Positions 36,604-46,353 of a DNA stretch of 64,000 nucleotides are shown here, in pieces. Both the position numbers and the translations under genes were made by a program. Within the stretch, counting starts at the first letter, position 1. The number at the start of each line of letters is the position of its first letter. The notes beneath the pieces were generated by a model. The model saw nothing but the letters and a program-made list of their open reading frames with translations. It made no database searches and was not told where the DNA came from. Source of the stretch: Candidatus Latescibacterota bacterium (GTDB lineage: Bacteria; Krumholzibacteriota; Krumholzibacteriia; WVZY01; JAKEHA01); NCBI GenBank assembly GCA_963736125.1, contig CAVTNQ010000002.1:741630-805629 (forward strand), in the 5' to 3' direction.

Positions 36604-38199
36604 CTACTTGCCGCGACCGCGCGGGGCGCTATGCGGAGCGCTATGTGGCGCGGAGCTGGGCATCGACGAGCGCGGTGGGCTGCTTTTCATACCGCCGCCG
36701 CGCGACGAGGGGGCGTTGTACGATCGCGACTGCGGCACACTCTTCATGTGCGAAGACGACGGGCCGGTTCGTCCGCTCGGGCGCGAACCACCGCGATAGC
36801 CCGGCGTGTTGGCGCGCGACTTGTAGCTTCCGCCTCCGCGCTGGACGCCGCTCACGCCGCTGCGCGACGACGTGCCGCCGCTGCGACCGCCCGACTTCAC
36901 CCGCGGCGCCGTGCCGCCGCGCGAGGTCCCGTACGGATTCGACTTCACTTGGCCCGACGAATGCCCACCGATCGACGTCTTCACGCGCCCGGTGTGCGGC
37001 GCGTCGATGGCGCCCTTTGTGCTACTCCCGGGATAGTAGTTCGTTTTGGAGCGGACACCCGTCTGCGCCGGTCGCGACAACGACTGCTGCACGCTCTTCG
37101 ACGCAATTCGCAGCTCGCCGTCGCGCTGCTGGGCGACGGCACGACTGCCGGCCAACGTCGACGCGTCGGACTTGTACTTGGCTTTGAACTTCTCGGGTTG
37201 CGTGTATCCGCCGGACGGGTACGAACCGCACCACGAATTGTATCCACCGCACGGCGCGTACCAACCCGAGCAGTAGTAACCGCCCCACCATCCCCATCCC
37301 CAACCCCAGCCGATCGAGAACGACCAGCCCGGTCCATAATACGGATAGTACGGCCCATACCCATAGAACGGGTCGTACCACCAGGTGTCGTTCCAGAGGC
37401 TGGCATAGAACGGGTCGACCGCGCGTGCTTCGACCCCGTACGGGTAGAAGTTGACGTCGACGTCGGAGCCTTCGGGCACGACCACATCGGCGCCGTCCTC
37501 GGTAGCGACGTCTCCCGCGACCGTCTCGTACGCGCGCTTGAGCGGATACGCCAACGGGTCGCGCCGATCGAATGTCTGCACGACGCGGTAATCCGTGCAC
37601 GCGGGGTCGTCGGGAGTGCCGTCGCACGCGCCGCACAGGTAGCACGGGTATTCGACGCGATCATTGACATAGAAGTAGGTGTAGCCGAAATACACGCCGC
37701 GGTGCGACACGCCGCGCACCAGTTCGCCCGCGATCATGTTGGCGGCCACGAACGGGTCGCCGTCGATGCGATACGGCTCGGCACCGCGGGTGTCGGTGCC
37801 GCGTAGGTGTTCTAGCTCGGCGGTGTCAATCGCGGACGGGTCGTCGACCGCCAGTGCAAACACGAACTCGACGCCGGTCGGCGAATCGACCACCAATTCC
37901 GCGCCCTCCTCGGGCACCACGTACGATTGATTGGCGCGCGCCATTTCGGGGGCCGCCGCCGGGGACAAGAGATGGACGTAGCCTTGCGAGTCGATGTTGA
38001 ACACGAGCACGGCGGCGTCGGCGCGGGTCTGATATTCGAAGGTCACGCGATCGCCGGTGCCGACGACGGTCCCCATCGGGACGTTGGCGCGTACCATGAC
38101 GCCGCCGCTTCCGGCATCGCGGCCGTTCGTCACGGCGAAGGAAGAAGTCGCAGCCATCAGTGAGAACAAGAAGAGGGGGGAAGCTCGGCGCAGTTTCAT
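36604..38199 (-). CDS. Secreted DUF4384-like protein with aromatic/Gly-rich segment and disordered basic tail
   Basis: SD GGAGG, signal peptide and GDRVTF..DAAVLVFNIDSQGYVHLLSP (DUF4384-like). Then CYLCGAC, a W/Y/G/P-rich tract and an S/G/R/P-rich C-terminus. Confidence 0.78.
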   Translation of the reverse strand: MKLRRASPLFLFSLMAATSSFAVTNGRDAGSGGVMVRANVPMGTVVGTGDRVTFEYQTRADAAVLVFNIDSQGYVHLLSPAAAPEMARANQSYVVPEEGAELVVDSPTGVEFVFALAVDDPSAIDTAELEHLRGTDTRGAEPYRIDGDPFVAANMIAGELVRGVSHRGVYFGYTYFYVNDRVEYPCYLCGACDGTPDDPACTDYRVVQTFDRRDPLAYPLKRAYETVAGDVATEDGADVVVPEGSDVDVNFYPYGVEARAVDPFYASLWNDTWWYDPFYGYGPYYPYYGPGWSFSIGWGWGWGWWGGYYCSGWYAPCGGYNSWCGSYPSGGYTQPEKFKAKYKSDASTLAGSRAVAQQRDGELRIASKSVQQSLSRPAQTGVRSKTNYYPGSSTKGAIDAPHTGRVKTSIGGHSSGQVKSNPYGTSRGGTAPRVKSGGRSGGTSSRSGVSGVQRGGGSYKSRANTPGYRGGSRPSGRTGPSSSHMKSVPQSRSYNAPSSRGGGMKSSPPRSSMPSSAPHSAPHSAPRGRGK

Positions 38200-38269
38200 G
38201 ACACAACCTCCCGTGCGTGACGGGCAGTTCCGGGGCGGCGCGACGAAGGGGGGCGGATCGGACACTGAA

Positions 38270-38298
38270 ATGATAGCCCATCGCGCCCGGGGCCACAA
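38270..38298 (-). promoter_or_regulatory. sigma70-type promoter of the DUF4384-like gene
   Basis: On the - strand TTGTGG-17 nt-TATCAT. Confidence 0.4.
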
Positions 38299-38468
38299 GC
38301 AGCGGAACCGTGCCCCGTCCCGGGGGTAAGCACAAAACGGGCCCGCGCGGTCACATCGAGGGGGCACTTTTTCTAGGCAACGTATGGTGGTTGTGCTAGA
38401 CCTTTGGCCGAATTCGACGCGACGGTCCGTTTCGCGGCCGAACGACACTCATCGAGGAAGGAAGCCAT

Positions 38469-39242
38469 ATGGAAATGTTCGCGGCCGTGCCCGCGGCGAT
38501 CGGGCGATCCCTGCCGCAGATCCTCGCCGAATCGGGCCGATTCGGCCTGCTCATTCTGACCATCACCTTCGTGATGTCGGTGATCACGTGGGCCGTGGTG
38601 TGGGACCGCGCGCGCTTGTACAAGAAACTGCGCGAGCGCGGGGCCGCGGTCAAGCGCGCGATGGTGCAGCGCGGCGTTGCGGCCGTCATGCCCGAAGCAG
38701 AGCGCTATCTCCCGGCCATCGAAGCGTCGCTCCTGCTCGAGGCGCGCAGCTTCCTCGCGTCGCGCGGTGCGGACGGGGTTCTGGCCATCGACGATCCGGC
38801 GGAGGCCGCCGCCGAGCGATCCCTCTTGAAGGGCGTGCTCGAGGGTCGCGCGATGACCGAGATCGGCGAGATGGAGCGACACTTGAATCTCTTGTCGACG
38901 ACGTCGGCGGGGGCACCATTCCTCGGATTGCTCGGCACGGTGTGGGGAATCATGCACAGCTTCTTGAGCATGGGGGCGGAAGGAGCGGCGAGCCTCGAGG
39001 TCGTGGGGCCGGGCATCGCCGAAGCTCTTGTTACCACGATCGCGGGTCTGGGCGCCGCCATTCCGGCCCTCTTCGCGTACAACGCGTGCGGGCGCGCCGT
39101 GCGACGCAAGGAAACCGAGCTCGACTGGTTCATCGCGCGCCTGCTGGACGGCGCCATCGTGTCGCGCGGCTCGCGTCGCGCCGCCAACCCCGGCGGCGTC
39201 GGCGCCCAGTCCCGTCCGACGCGGACCGGTGCGACGTACTAG
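38469..39242 (+). CDS. tolQ: TolQ (MotA/TolQ/ExbB family)
   Basis: APFLGLLGTVWGIM.SF and PGIAEALVTT.AGL..AIPA. Heads a tol-pal cluster. Confidence 0.9.
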   Translation: MEMFAAVPAAIGRSLPQILAESGRFGLLILTITFVMSVITWAVVWDRARLYKKLRERGAAVKRAMVQRGVAAVMPEAERYLPAIEASLLLEARSFLASRGADGVLAIDDPAEAAAERSLLKGVLEGRAMTEIGEMERHLNLLSTTSAGAPFLGLLGTVWGIMHSFLSMGAEGAASLEVVGPGIAEALVTTIAGLGAAIPALFAYNACGRAVRRKETELDWFIARLLDGAIVSRGSRRAANPGGVGAQSRPTRTGATY

Positions 39243-39248
39243 TTCGCC

Positions 39249-39662
39249 ATGCTGAAACGGACGCCATACTCGAACATGGCCGACATCAACGTGACGTCGC
39301 TGGTCGACATCATGATGGTGCTGCTCATCATCTTCATGCTCACCGCACCGTTCCTGCAGGCGGGCATCGAGGTCAAGCTTCCGCGCGCCAAGTCGACGGT
39401 CATCAAGGAAAGCGACGCGGTTGTGATTTCAATTACTAAAGACGGCAAGATCTTCATCAATGATGATCGCGTCGATGCATCACAGCTCGCGTCGACGTTG
39501 GCGACCTTGAAGGCCGCGGGCGAAGACGTCGTGTTCGTGCGCGCCGACAAGGACGCGACCCACGGCATGGTGATGTCGGTGGTCGGCGAAGTGAAGGCGG
39601 CCGGCATCGACGACGTCGGCATGATCACGGAGATGAAGCGCGACTCGAAGAAGCGGCGGTAA
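39249..39662 (+). CDS. tolR: TolR (ExbD/TolR family)
   Basis: DINVTSLVDIMMVLLIIFM and VRAD. Confidence 0.9.
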   Translation: MLKRTPYSNMADINVTSLVDIMMVLLIIFMLTAPFLQAGIEVKLPRAKSTVIKESDAVVISITKDGKIFINDDRVDASQLASTLATLKAAGEDVVFVRADKDATHGMVMSVVGEVKAAGIDDVGMITEMKRDSKKRR

Positions 39663-39670
39663 GCGTCGCG

Positions 39671-40378
39671 ATGCGCAAGGGAGTCATCATATCGCTCGGC
39701 GCGCACGGGCTCGTCATGCTGGCCGTGTTCGTGTCGGTATCGTTCCGCCAAGTCACGTACCTGCCGCGCGAGACGTATCGCGTGCGGCTGGTGTCGGCGG
39801 CGGCGGCGGAGCCGTCGACGCCGACGCCCCCCGCGCCGGCGCCCGAAGCGGCGCCGCCCAAGCCGGTGCCCAAGGAAGAGCCCAAGGCCGACGAGCTGGT
39901 GCAGCCGGTCGAGAAACCGAAGCCCAAGCCGAAGCCGTCCGACGACACCAAGTCCCAGGAAGTGCCGCGGGCCCAGCTGAGCAAGGGCACCGACTCGACG
40001 GCGACTACGAGCGATACGCTGGCGAGTGCCCCCGGGTCGCCGCAGGGCGGGATTTCGTTCGACGGGGGCGACTTCCCCTACGACGCGTTCATCGCGCGCA
40101 TGCGTCAGAAGATCGCGGCCGCGTGGCAGGTTCCGGCGGGCATCGAAGGAATCGAGCGACTCACGGTGGTCTACTTCCGAGTGCACCACGACGGCAACAT
40201 CACGCATGTCGCGGTCGAAAAATCGTCGGGCGTGTTCCTGTTCGACCAATCGTGCCAGCGCGCGGTGATCCAGGCCGCGCCGTTTCCGCCGCTCCCGCGG
40301 GAGTACGACGACGAGTACGTCGGCGTGCATTTCAGTTTCAAGTTCGTTCCTGCGGGTGACGGCCCGCGCGTGGAGTAA
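39671..40378 (+). CDS. TolA/TonB-family protein
   Basis: TM with SLGAH (SHLS-like), Pro/Lys-rich linker and C-terminal KSSG..FDQ..RAV..AAPFPPLP. Occupies the tolA position. Confidence 0.85.
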   Translation: MRKGVIISLGAHGLVMLAVFVSVSFRQVTYLPRETYRVRLVSAAAAEPSTPTPPAPAPEAAPPKPVPKEEPKADELVQPVEKPKPKPKPSDDTKSQEVPRAQLSKGTDSTATTSDTLASAPGSPQGGISFDGGDFPYDAFIARMRQKIAAAWQVPAGIEGIERLTVVYFRVHHDGNITHVAVEKSSGVFLFDQSCQRAVIQAAPFPPLPREYDDEYVGVHFSFKFVPAGDGPRVE

Positions 40379-40386
40379 TTGACGTA

Positions 40387-41619
40387 ATGAAGAAACACTG
40401 GATCGCATGCTTGCTCTTGGCGACCTGCCCCGCGACCGCCCTCGCGCAGTCCGACGTGTGGCCCGATCCGATCGTCAAAGAAGACGCCTTTGTCGTCCCG
40501 CTGTGGCTGCCGCAGTTCACGGGTACCCCCGAGAACATATCGCGCGCGCAGCGTATCGAGCAGATCGTCTTACAAGATCTCCAATTCACGGGGCTGTTTC
40601 GTATCATGCGCGAAGAGCCGGCCACCGCGGGTGTGGCCGGCGTCAACGCGGTGGTGGTGCGCGGGCGCGTGTTCAACGAGGGCTCCGACGTTTCCTTTGA
40701 AGGGACCGTCACCGACATCGCCTCGGGCGACTTCGTGGGCGGGAAGAAATACACCGTGACCGACAAGGAAGCGCGTCGCGTCGCGCACCATTTCGCGGAT
40801 GAAGTCGTGCGTCTGGTGACGGGCGAGAAGGGAGTCGCGTCGACGCAAATCGTCTACACGCGCAAGGTGAACGACAAGTGGGAACTCCTCGTCTCCGACT
40901 ACGACGGATACAACCCCCGCGTCTTGGTGCGACAGACCGTCCCGCTCCTGGCTCCGCGCTGGATTGACAACGGCCAGGCGGTCGCGTACACCAGCTTCCG
41001 CGACGGCAAGGCCGATTTGTTCACGCGCGTGCTGAACGAAGACAAATCGCACGGACTGGCGAACTACAGCGGCAGTAACACCGCGGTGGACTGGTCGCAG
41101 AAGCAGGGCATGCTGCTGGCGGCGCTTTCCAAGGACGGCAACACCGAGGTCTACCTGCTCGAGCGTAGCGGCCGCATCTCGCAGCGGCTCACCTTCAACA
41201 AGGCCATCGACACCAGCCCGAGCTGGTCGCCGGGCGGGCGCGAGATCGTGTTTCTCTCCGACCGTCCGGGCTCGCCGCAGCTCTATCTCATGGATCGCGA
41301 CGGCAGCAACGTGCGCCGCTTGACGTTCACGGGCGGGTACAATGCCTCGCCGGCGTGGTCGCCGCGCGGCGACATGATTGCGTTTTCGACGCGCATGGGC
41401 TCGGAATTTCAGATCGCGATCATTACTCCCGACGGCCGCGACGGGCGCCTCATTACCAAGGATAACCACAGCCACGAGGACCCCCGATGGGCCGCCGACG
41501 GCCGCCATCTGGTCTGCACCGAACGCGGTCGCGACGAATCGGTTTCCGTGGTTGACATCGTCACGGGGGGTAAGAGAATATTGGCCCAGGGCTCCGACCC
41601 TGATTGGTCGACCCCTTAA
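40387..41619 (+). CDS. tolB: Tol-Pal beta-propeller protein TolB
   Basis: AHHFADEV, DYDGYN and repeated PD40 motifs (SPSWSPGG, SPAWSPRG, DPRWAADG). Confidence 0.9.
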   Translation: MKKHWIACLLLATCPATALAQSDVWPDPIVKEDAFVVPLWLPQFTGTPENISRAQRIEQIVLQDLQFTGLFRIMREEPATAGVAGVNAVVVRGRVFNEGSDVSFEGTVTDIASGDFVGGKKYTVTDKEARRVAHHFADEVVRLVTGEKGVASTQIVYTRKVNDKWELLVSDYDGYNPRVLVRQTVPLLAPRWIDNGQAVAYTSFRDGKADLFTRVLNEDKSHGLANYSGSNTAVDWSQKQGMLLAALSKDGNTEVYLLERSGRISQRLTFNKAIDTSPSWSPGGREIVFLSDRPGSPQLYLMDRDGSNVRRLTFTGGYNASPAWSPRGDMIAFSTRMGSEFQIAIITPDGRDGRLITKDNHSHEDPRWAADGRHLVCTERGRDESVSVVDIVTGGKRILAQGSDPDWSTP

Positions 41620-41708
41620 TTCGATTATAGTTAGCGCGTCTCAAGCCCCGGCGACGCGCACTCGATCACCATCGTCACGCACATTTATCGGACTCTAAAT
41701 AGGAGGTC

Positions 41709-42227
41709 ATGGGAATGATCAAGCGGTTGTGGGTACTGGCCACGATTTTCTCCCTCGTGGCAGTCGCCGGTTGCGGCGGAAAGAAAGCGGTCGAGCCGAC
41801 TCCCGTCGACAACTCGGCGTCGACGCCGGCCGTCGAGGAGCCGACGAACACGCCCGTCGAGCAGCCCGACACGCACTCGACCGACGTGTCTCCGATCTCG
41901 CTCAGCGACGTGTTCTTCGATTTCGACCAGTACAATCTCACGGCGGAGGCCAAGGGCACGCTGGAAGCGAACGCGCGCGAGATGAAGCGTGTCAGCGACG
42001 CGGCCGTCACCATCGAAGGTCACTGCGACGAGCGCGGTACCAAGGCGTACAACTTGGCCCTGGGTGACAAGCGCGCCAACGCGGCCAAGGACTACCTGGT
42101 GTCGCTCGGCGTCATGTCGTCGCGCATCACGACGATTAGTTACGGCAAGGAGCGTCCGTTCGACTCCGGCCACGACGAATCGGCGTGGGCGAAGAATCGT
42201 CGCGGTCACTTCTTGACCGGCAAGTAG
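41709..42227 (+). CDS. pal: Peptidoglycan-associated lipoprotein
   Basis: Lipobox VAGC, VFFDFD, IEGHCDERGT.AYNLALG.KRA, SYGKERP and WAKNRR. Confidence 0.97.
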   Translation: MGMIKRLWVLATIFSLVAVAGCGGKKAVEPTPVDNSASTPAVEEPTNTPVEQPDTHSTDVSPISLSDVFFDFDQYNLTAEAKGTLEANAREMKRVSDAAVTIEGHCDERGTKAYNLALGDKRANAAKDYLVSLGVMSSRITTISYGKERPFDSGHDESAWAKNRRGHFLTGK

Positions 42228-42244
42228 TCGAAGGAGTCGTCACG

Positions 42245-43012
42245 TTGCGTCGCATGCGTGCCATCCTGCTCTTGGCGGCCCTGGGGTCGGCGCTGTTGTC
42301 CGGCTGTTGGGGTGCGAAATGGGCCAAGGGACCGATCAACGCGGAGCAGGCGAACCTCAAGGTCGACTCGCTCCGCGCCGAGCAGCGCCACATGGCGGCC
42401 CAGATCGACCGCCTCGAGAAACAGATGTCGGCCGAATCCGACGAACGCACGGCGTCGCAGGCGCGCATGGCGGCGACGCTGAGCGATCTCGAAGAGACGT
42501 TGCGTGCACTTTCGAGCCAGATCGACGACAACCAGCAGTTGCAGTTGAACCGCGGGGGGCGCGACCGCACGAGCGGTTCGCGCCCCGCCGTGGGAACCGC
42601 ACCGGCCAAGCCCGACTCGAGTGCCATGGCGGCGCAGGCGGCGGAGGACTTGTATCGCGCCGCCTACCTCGACGTCACGCGCGGTAACTATGACCTCGCG
42701 GCGCCGGCCTTGCGCGACTACCTCGACAAGAATCCCGACGGCGCGCGCGCGGCCGAGGCGCACTACTACTTGGGCGAGTGCGAGTACGCCAACGAGCGCT
42801 GGCTCGAAGCCGCCGGACAGTTCCAGCAAGTCGTGCGCGACTTTCCCAAGGCGCGCCAGGTTCCCGCCGCGTACCTCAAGATGGGTCACGCGTACACCGA
42901 GCTCGAAGAGCGCGGCCTCGCGCAGCAGGCCTATCGCGCCCTCATCGAGAAGCACCCCAACTCCGAAGAAGCCAAGCAGGCTCGCGCCGCTTTGAACGAG
43001 CTCGGCGGATAG
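42245..43012 (+). CDS. cpoB: Tol-Pal system protein CpoB/YbgF (lipoprotein type)
   Basis: Lipobox LSGC, coiled coil and TPRs (AHYYLGE..Y; HPNSEEA). Directly after pal. Start 42245 or 42254. Confidence 0.85.
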   Translation: MRRMRAILLLAALGSALLSGCWGAKWAKGPINAEQANLKVDSLRAEQRHMAAQIDRLEKQMSAESDERTASQARMAATLSDLEETLRALSSQIDDNQQLQLNRGGRDRTSGSRPAVGTAPAKPDSSAMAAQAAEDLYRAAYLDVTRGNYDLAAPALRDYLDKNPDGARAAEAHYYLGECEYANERWLEAAGQFQQVVRDFPKARQVPAAYLKMGHAYTELEERGLAQQAYRALIEKHPNSEEAKQARAALNELGG

Positions 43013-43028
43013 CCGGTCGTTCGCCGCC

Positions 43029-44270
43029 GTGGGCGAAGTCGCAATCTATTTTTCCGGGCTCGTCGTCCTCTTACTGCTATCTGCGTTCTTTTCCGGCTCC
43101 GAAGCCGCGCTTTTTTCGCTGAGTCGCAGCCAAGTGCGCGCGCTGCGTGACGCCTCGCCGGGCGGCCGCGTCGCGGCGCACCTGCTCATGCACCCGCGAC
43201 CGCTGCTCATTACCGTGCTGGTGTCAAACCTCTCGGTCAACGTACTCGCCACCAGCATCGCCACCGCCATCGCGCTCCACGCCTTCGGCCCGCGCGGCCT
43301 GGGGCTTGCGTTCGGCGTGATGTCGCTCCTCGTCATGGTGCTGACCGAGATTCTGCCGAAGGCACTCGGCATGCACTGGGCGCCGCGCGTGGCACCCGTG
43401 GTGGCACTGCCGCTGTCCGTCTTGCACACGCTACTCTTGCCCGTACGCGTGCCGCTCTCGCGCTTTTCCGACGCCGTGATCGACGCGTTGCGCGGCCGCA
43501 TCGGCACCGCGCGCCGCTCCTACGCGTGGGATGAGCTCCTGACCGCCGTGCGCGTGGGGCGGCGCGAAGGGAAGATCGGCGCCTTCGAGTACGAGATTCT
43601 GTCGCACGTGCTCGAGTTTCGGCAGAAAGTCGTCAAGGAGATCATGACGCCCAGCATTCACGTGGTGTCGGCGTCGGCACACACGCCGCGCGACGAGCTC
43701 CTGGCGTTGTTCGCGTCGAGTGGTCGCTCGCGCGTCCCGATCCACGGCGACTCGCCGGACGACGTGATCGGCATTTTGCACGTCAAGGATTTGGTCGACC
43801 CGATGGCGGCGCGCAGCGAAGACGACCTGCGCGCACGTTTGCGCGAGGTGTTCTTCATTCCCGAGAACGCGCCCATCGCGGAGCTTTACGCCGAGCTCCA
43901 GCGGCGCAAGGTCCACGTGGCGATCGCACTCGACGAGCACGGCTCCTTCGCGGGTGTCGTCACCACCGAGGATATCCTCGAGCAGATGATCGGCGAGATT
44001 CGCGACGCGCGCGACTCGAAGACGCAACCGTTCCAACGCCTCGACGAGCGTCGCATCGTCGTGCAGGGAACCATGGAGATCGACCACTTCAACGAGGTGT
44101 TCGAAGCCGCGCTGCGCGACGACGAGCACGAGACTATCGCCGGCTACGTGCTGGGGCGCGTGGGGCGCGTCCCGCGCGAGGGCGAGACCGTGGTGGCCGA
44201 CGGGCTGCGCTTCCACATCATCTCGGCGCAACCGAATCGGATTCGCAAACTGCGGGTGGAGAAGCTGTGA
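43029..44270 (+). CDS. CNNM/HlyC-CorC family protein (DUF21 + CBS pair + CorC domain)
   Basis: SAFFSGSEAALFSL, EILPK, SRVPI, DEHG..GVVT.EDILE..GEI.D and ETIAGYV. Confidence 0.92.
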   Translation: MGEVAIYFSGLVVLLLLSAFFSGSEAALFSLSRSQVRALRDASPGGRVAAHLLMHPRPLLITVLVSNLSVNVLATSIATAIALHAFGPRGLGLAFGVMSLLVMVLTEILPKALGMHWAPRVAPVVALPLSVLHTLLLPVRVPLSRFSDAVIDALRGRIGTARRSYAWDELLTAVRVGRREGKIGAFEYEILSHVLEFRQKVVKEIMTPSIHVVSASAHTPRDELLALFASSGRSRVPIHGDSPDDVIGILHVKDLVDPMAARSEDDLRARLREVFFIPENAPIAELYAELQRRKVHVAIALDEHGSFAGVVTTEDILEQMIGEIRDARDSKTQPFQRLDERRIVVQGTMEIDHFNEVFEAALRDDEHETIAGYVLGRVGRVPREGETVVADGLRFHIISAQPNRIRKLRVEKL

Positions 44271-45247
44271 GCGATCTCTTGTTGCTGGTGGTGGCGGCCG
44301 TCGCGTTCGCGGTCGGCGTGCTCGCATCGGGGTGCGAGACGGCGTTCTTCGCCGCCGACCGGCTGCGCCTGCGCCACCTGGCCGCGAACGGCAGCAAGCG
44401 CGCGGCGCACGCCCTCGATCTGTCGTCGAATCCGCAGCGCTTCTTGAGCACGCTGCTCGTGAGCTACAGCCTGGCCGAAGTCGGTTGCACCGCCGTGTGC
44501 ACCGCGATCGCGACGCGCTGGTTCGGCGACTCCGCGACCACGGTGGTGACGTTGGTGCTGGTTCCCGTGTGGCTCGTGTTCAATCAGATCATTCCGAAAA
44601 GCTTGTTCCTCTATTATGCGACGCCGGCCGCGGTCCTGTTCGCCGACGCGGTACGCGCCGGGTCGTCGCTCCTGTATCCGCTGGCCAAGCCGCTCTCGCT
44701 CCTGAGCGACGCCCTCACGCGCCTGCTCCCCGCCGACCCGTCGGCGCGACTCCTGAACGTGAGCACCGAAGAACTTCTGTTCCACATCGGTGACAGCAAG
44801 AGCGCTGGTTTGATCGCCCCCGAAACCACCGCACTGATCGACCGCGCCATCGAGCTCCAGCAGCTCGCCGTGCGCGACGTGGTCCGGCGCATCGAGACGG
44901 TGGTGATGCTCGACGTCGACGCCCCGGTGGAATCGTACGCCGAGGTGATCGCGCGCGAAGGTTTCTCGCGCTATCCCGTGTACCGGGGCGACCGCGGCCA
45001 CATCATCGGCATTTTGTCCGTCCACGAATACGCGACGTCGACCGACCGCGAAGCGCTACGCGCGTCGTTGCGTCCGCCCTACGTCGTGTCCGCCTCGGCG
45101 CCCCTTTCCGACGTCCTCGTGCAGATGCGCGAAGGCGGCCGTCACATGGCGGTCGTGCGCGAGACCAACGGCGAGGTGGCCGGAATCACAACCCTCGACG
45201 ATATCCTGCGCCGCTTGGTCGGCGTCATCGTCGACGAGTTCGACTGA
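44267..45247 (+). CDS. CNNM family protein (DUF21 + CBS pair, lacking C-terminal CorC domain)
   Basis: SGCETAF, QIIPK, FSRYPVY and GITTLDDIL..VG.I.DEFD then stop. GTGA overlap. Confidence 0.88.
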   Translation: MSDLLLLVVAAVAFAVGVLASGCETAFFAADRLRLRHLAANGSKRAAHALDLSSNPQRFLSTLLVSYSLAEVGCTAVCTAIATRWFGDSATTVVTLVLVPVWLVFNQIIPKSLFLYYATPAAVLFADAVRAGSSLLYPLAKPLSLLSDALTRLLPADPSARLLNVSTEELLFHIGDSKSAGLIAPETTALIDRAIELQQLAVRDVVRRIETVVMLDVDAPVESYAEVIAREGFSRYPVYRGDRGHIIGILSVHEYATSTDREALRASLRPPYVVSASAPLSDVLVQMREGGRHMAVVRETNGEVAGITTLDDILRRLVGVIVDEFD

Positions 45248-45252
45248 GTGCC

Positions 45253-46335
45253 GTGGCTTCCAGAGCGGATGCAATCGTGCGGGCGCCGTTTTCCATCGCC
45301 GGGCGACGGCTCTTGCTCTTGGCCGACGGCTGCTTTTCCACCGCGGACGCGAAGACGGCGGCGTGCATCGCCATGTATCGCGCGCACGACGTCGTCGCCG
45401 TGCTGGACGCCGCGCGTGCGGGTCGCTCGGTGCGCGACGTGCTGGGCTTCGGCGGCGACGCGCCCGTCGTGGCAACACTCGACGACGCGCTCGCGCGCCG
45501 ACCCGAGGTCGCAATCGTCGGTACCGCACCCGCGGGCGGCGAACTCGATCCGTCCATGCGCGACACCGTTGCGCGCTGTCTCCGAGCCGGACTCGACGTC
45601 GTGAGCGGTATGCACGCGTTTCTCTCCGACGACGCCGAGTTGTCGGCGATTGCGCGCGCATCGGGCGCGCGGGTGTGGGACGTGCGTCGCATCAGGGAGG
45701 TGCGCGCGGTGTCGGACGGCGCCGGGTGCACGACGGGAGCCAAGGTCGTGCTCACGGTGGGCACCGACTGCAACGTCGGCAAGATGACGGTCGCGGTCGA
45801 GTTGGAGCGCGCGGCGCGCGCGAGCGGTGTGCGCTCCACGTGGGCCGCGACCGGCCAGACGGGTATCGTGCTGCGCGGTCGCGGCGTTCCCGTCGACCGC
45901 GTGGTGGCGGATTTCGTCGGTGGCGTGGCGCAGATCTTGGTCGACGAGGAAGGCCGCGACGCCGATCTGGTGGTGGTCGAAGGACAAGGTGCGGTCGCGC
46001 ACCCGGGTTATGCGGGCGTCACGCTCGGACTGATGTACGGCGTCATGCCCGACGCGATGGTGCTCGTACACGTCGCCGGGCGCGAACGGTACAAGCGCTT
46101 CCAACCGGCCATTCCGCCTCTGCGCGAAGTCGTTGCCTTGTACGAGTCGTTGATGCGACCCTACAAGGGTTCGCGCGTGGCGGCACTCGCGCTCAACACG
46201 AGTGGTCTTTCGATTGACGATGCGCGCCGCGCGCTCGAGGATGCGAGCCAAGGCACGGGTCTTCCGGCGGGCGACGTGGTTCGCTTCGGCGTCGCGCCGG
46301 TGTGGTCGGCCGTGCGCGCGGCCGTCGGATTGTAG
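45253..46335 (+). CDS. DUF1611 domain protein (DgcN-like)
   Basis: AKTA, APAGG, VSGMH.FL, GTDCNVGKMT, ATGQTG, DFVGG and VEGQG..HPGY. Confidence 0.88.
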   Translation: MASRADAIVRAPFSIAGRRLLLLADGCFSTADAKTAACIAMYRAHDVVAVLDAARAGRSVRDVLGFGGDAPVVATLDDALARRPEVAIVGTAPAGGELDPSMRDTVARCLRAGLDVVSGMHAFLSDDAELSAIARASGARVWDVRRIREVRAVSDGAGCTTGAKVVLTVGTDCNVGKMTVAVELERAARASGVRSTWAATGQTGIVLRGRGVPVDRVVADFVGGVAQILVDEEGRDADLVVVEGQGAVAHPGYAGVTLGLMYGVMPDAMVLVHVAGRERYKRFQPAIPPLREVVALYESLMRPYKGSRVAALALNTSGLSIDDARRALEDASQGTGLPAGDVVRFGVAPVWSAVRAAVGL

Positions 46336-46353
46336 GATAGTGGACGTCCATCC

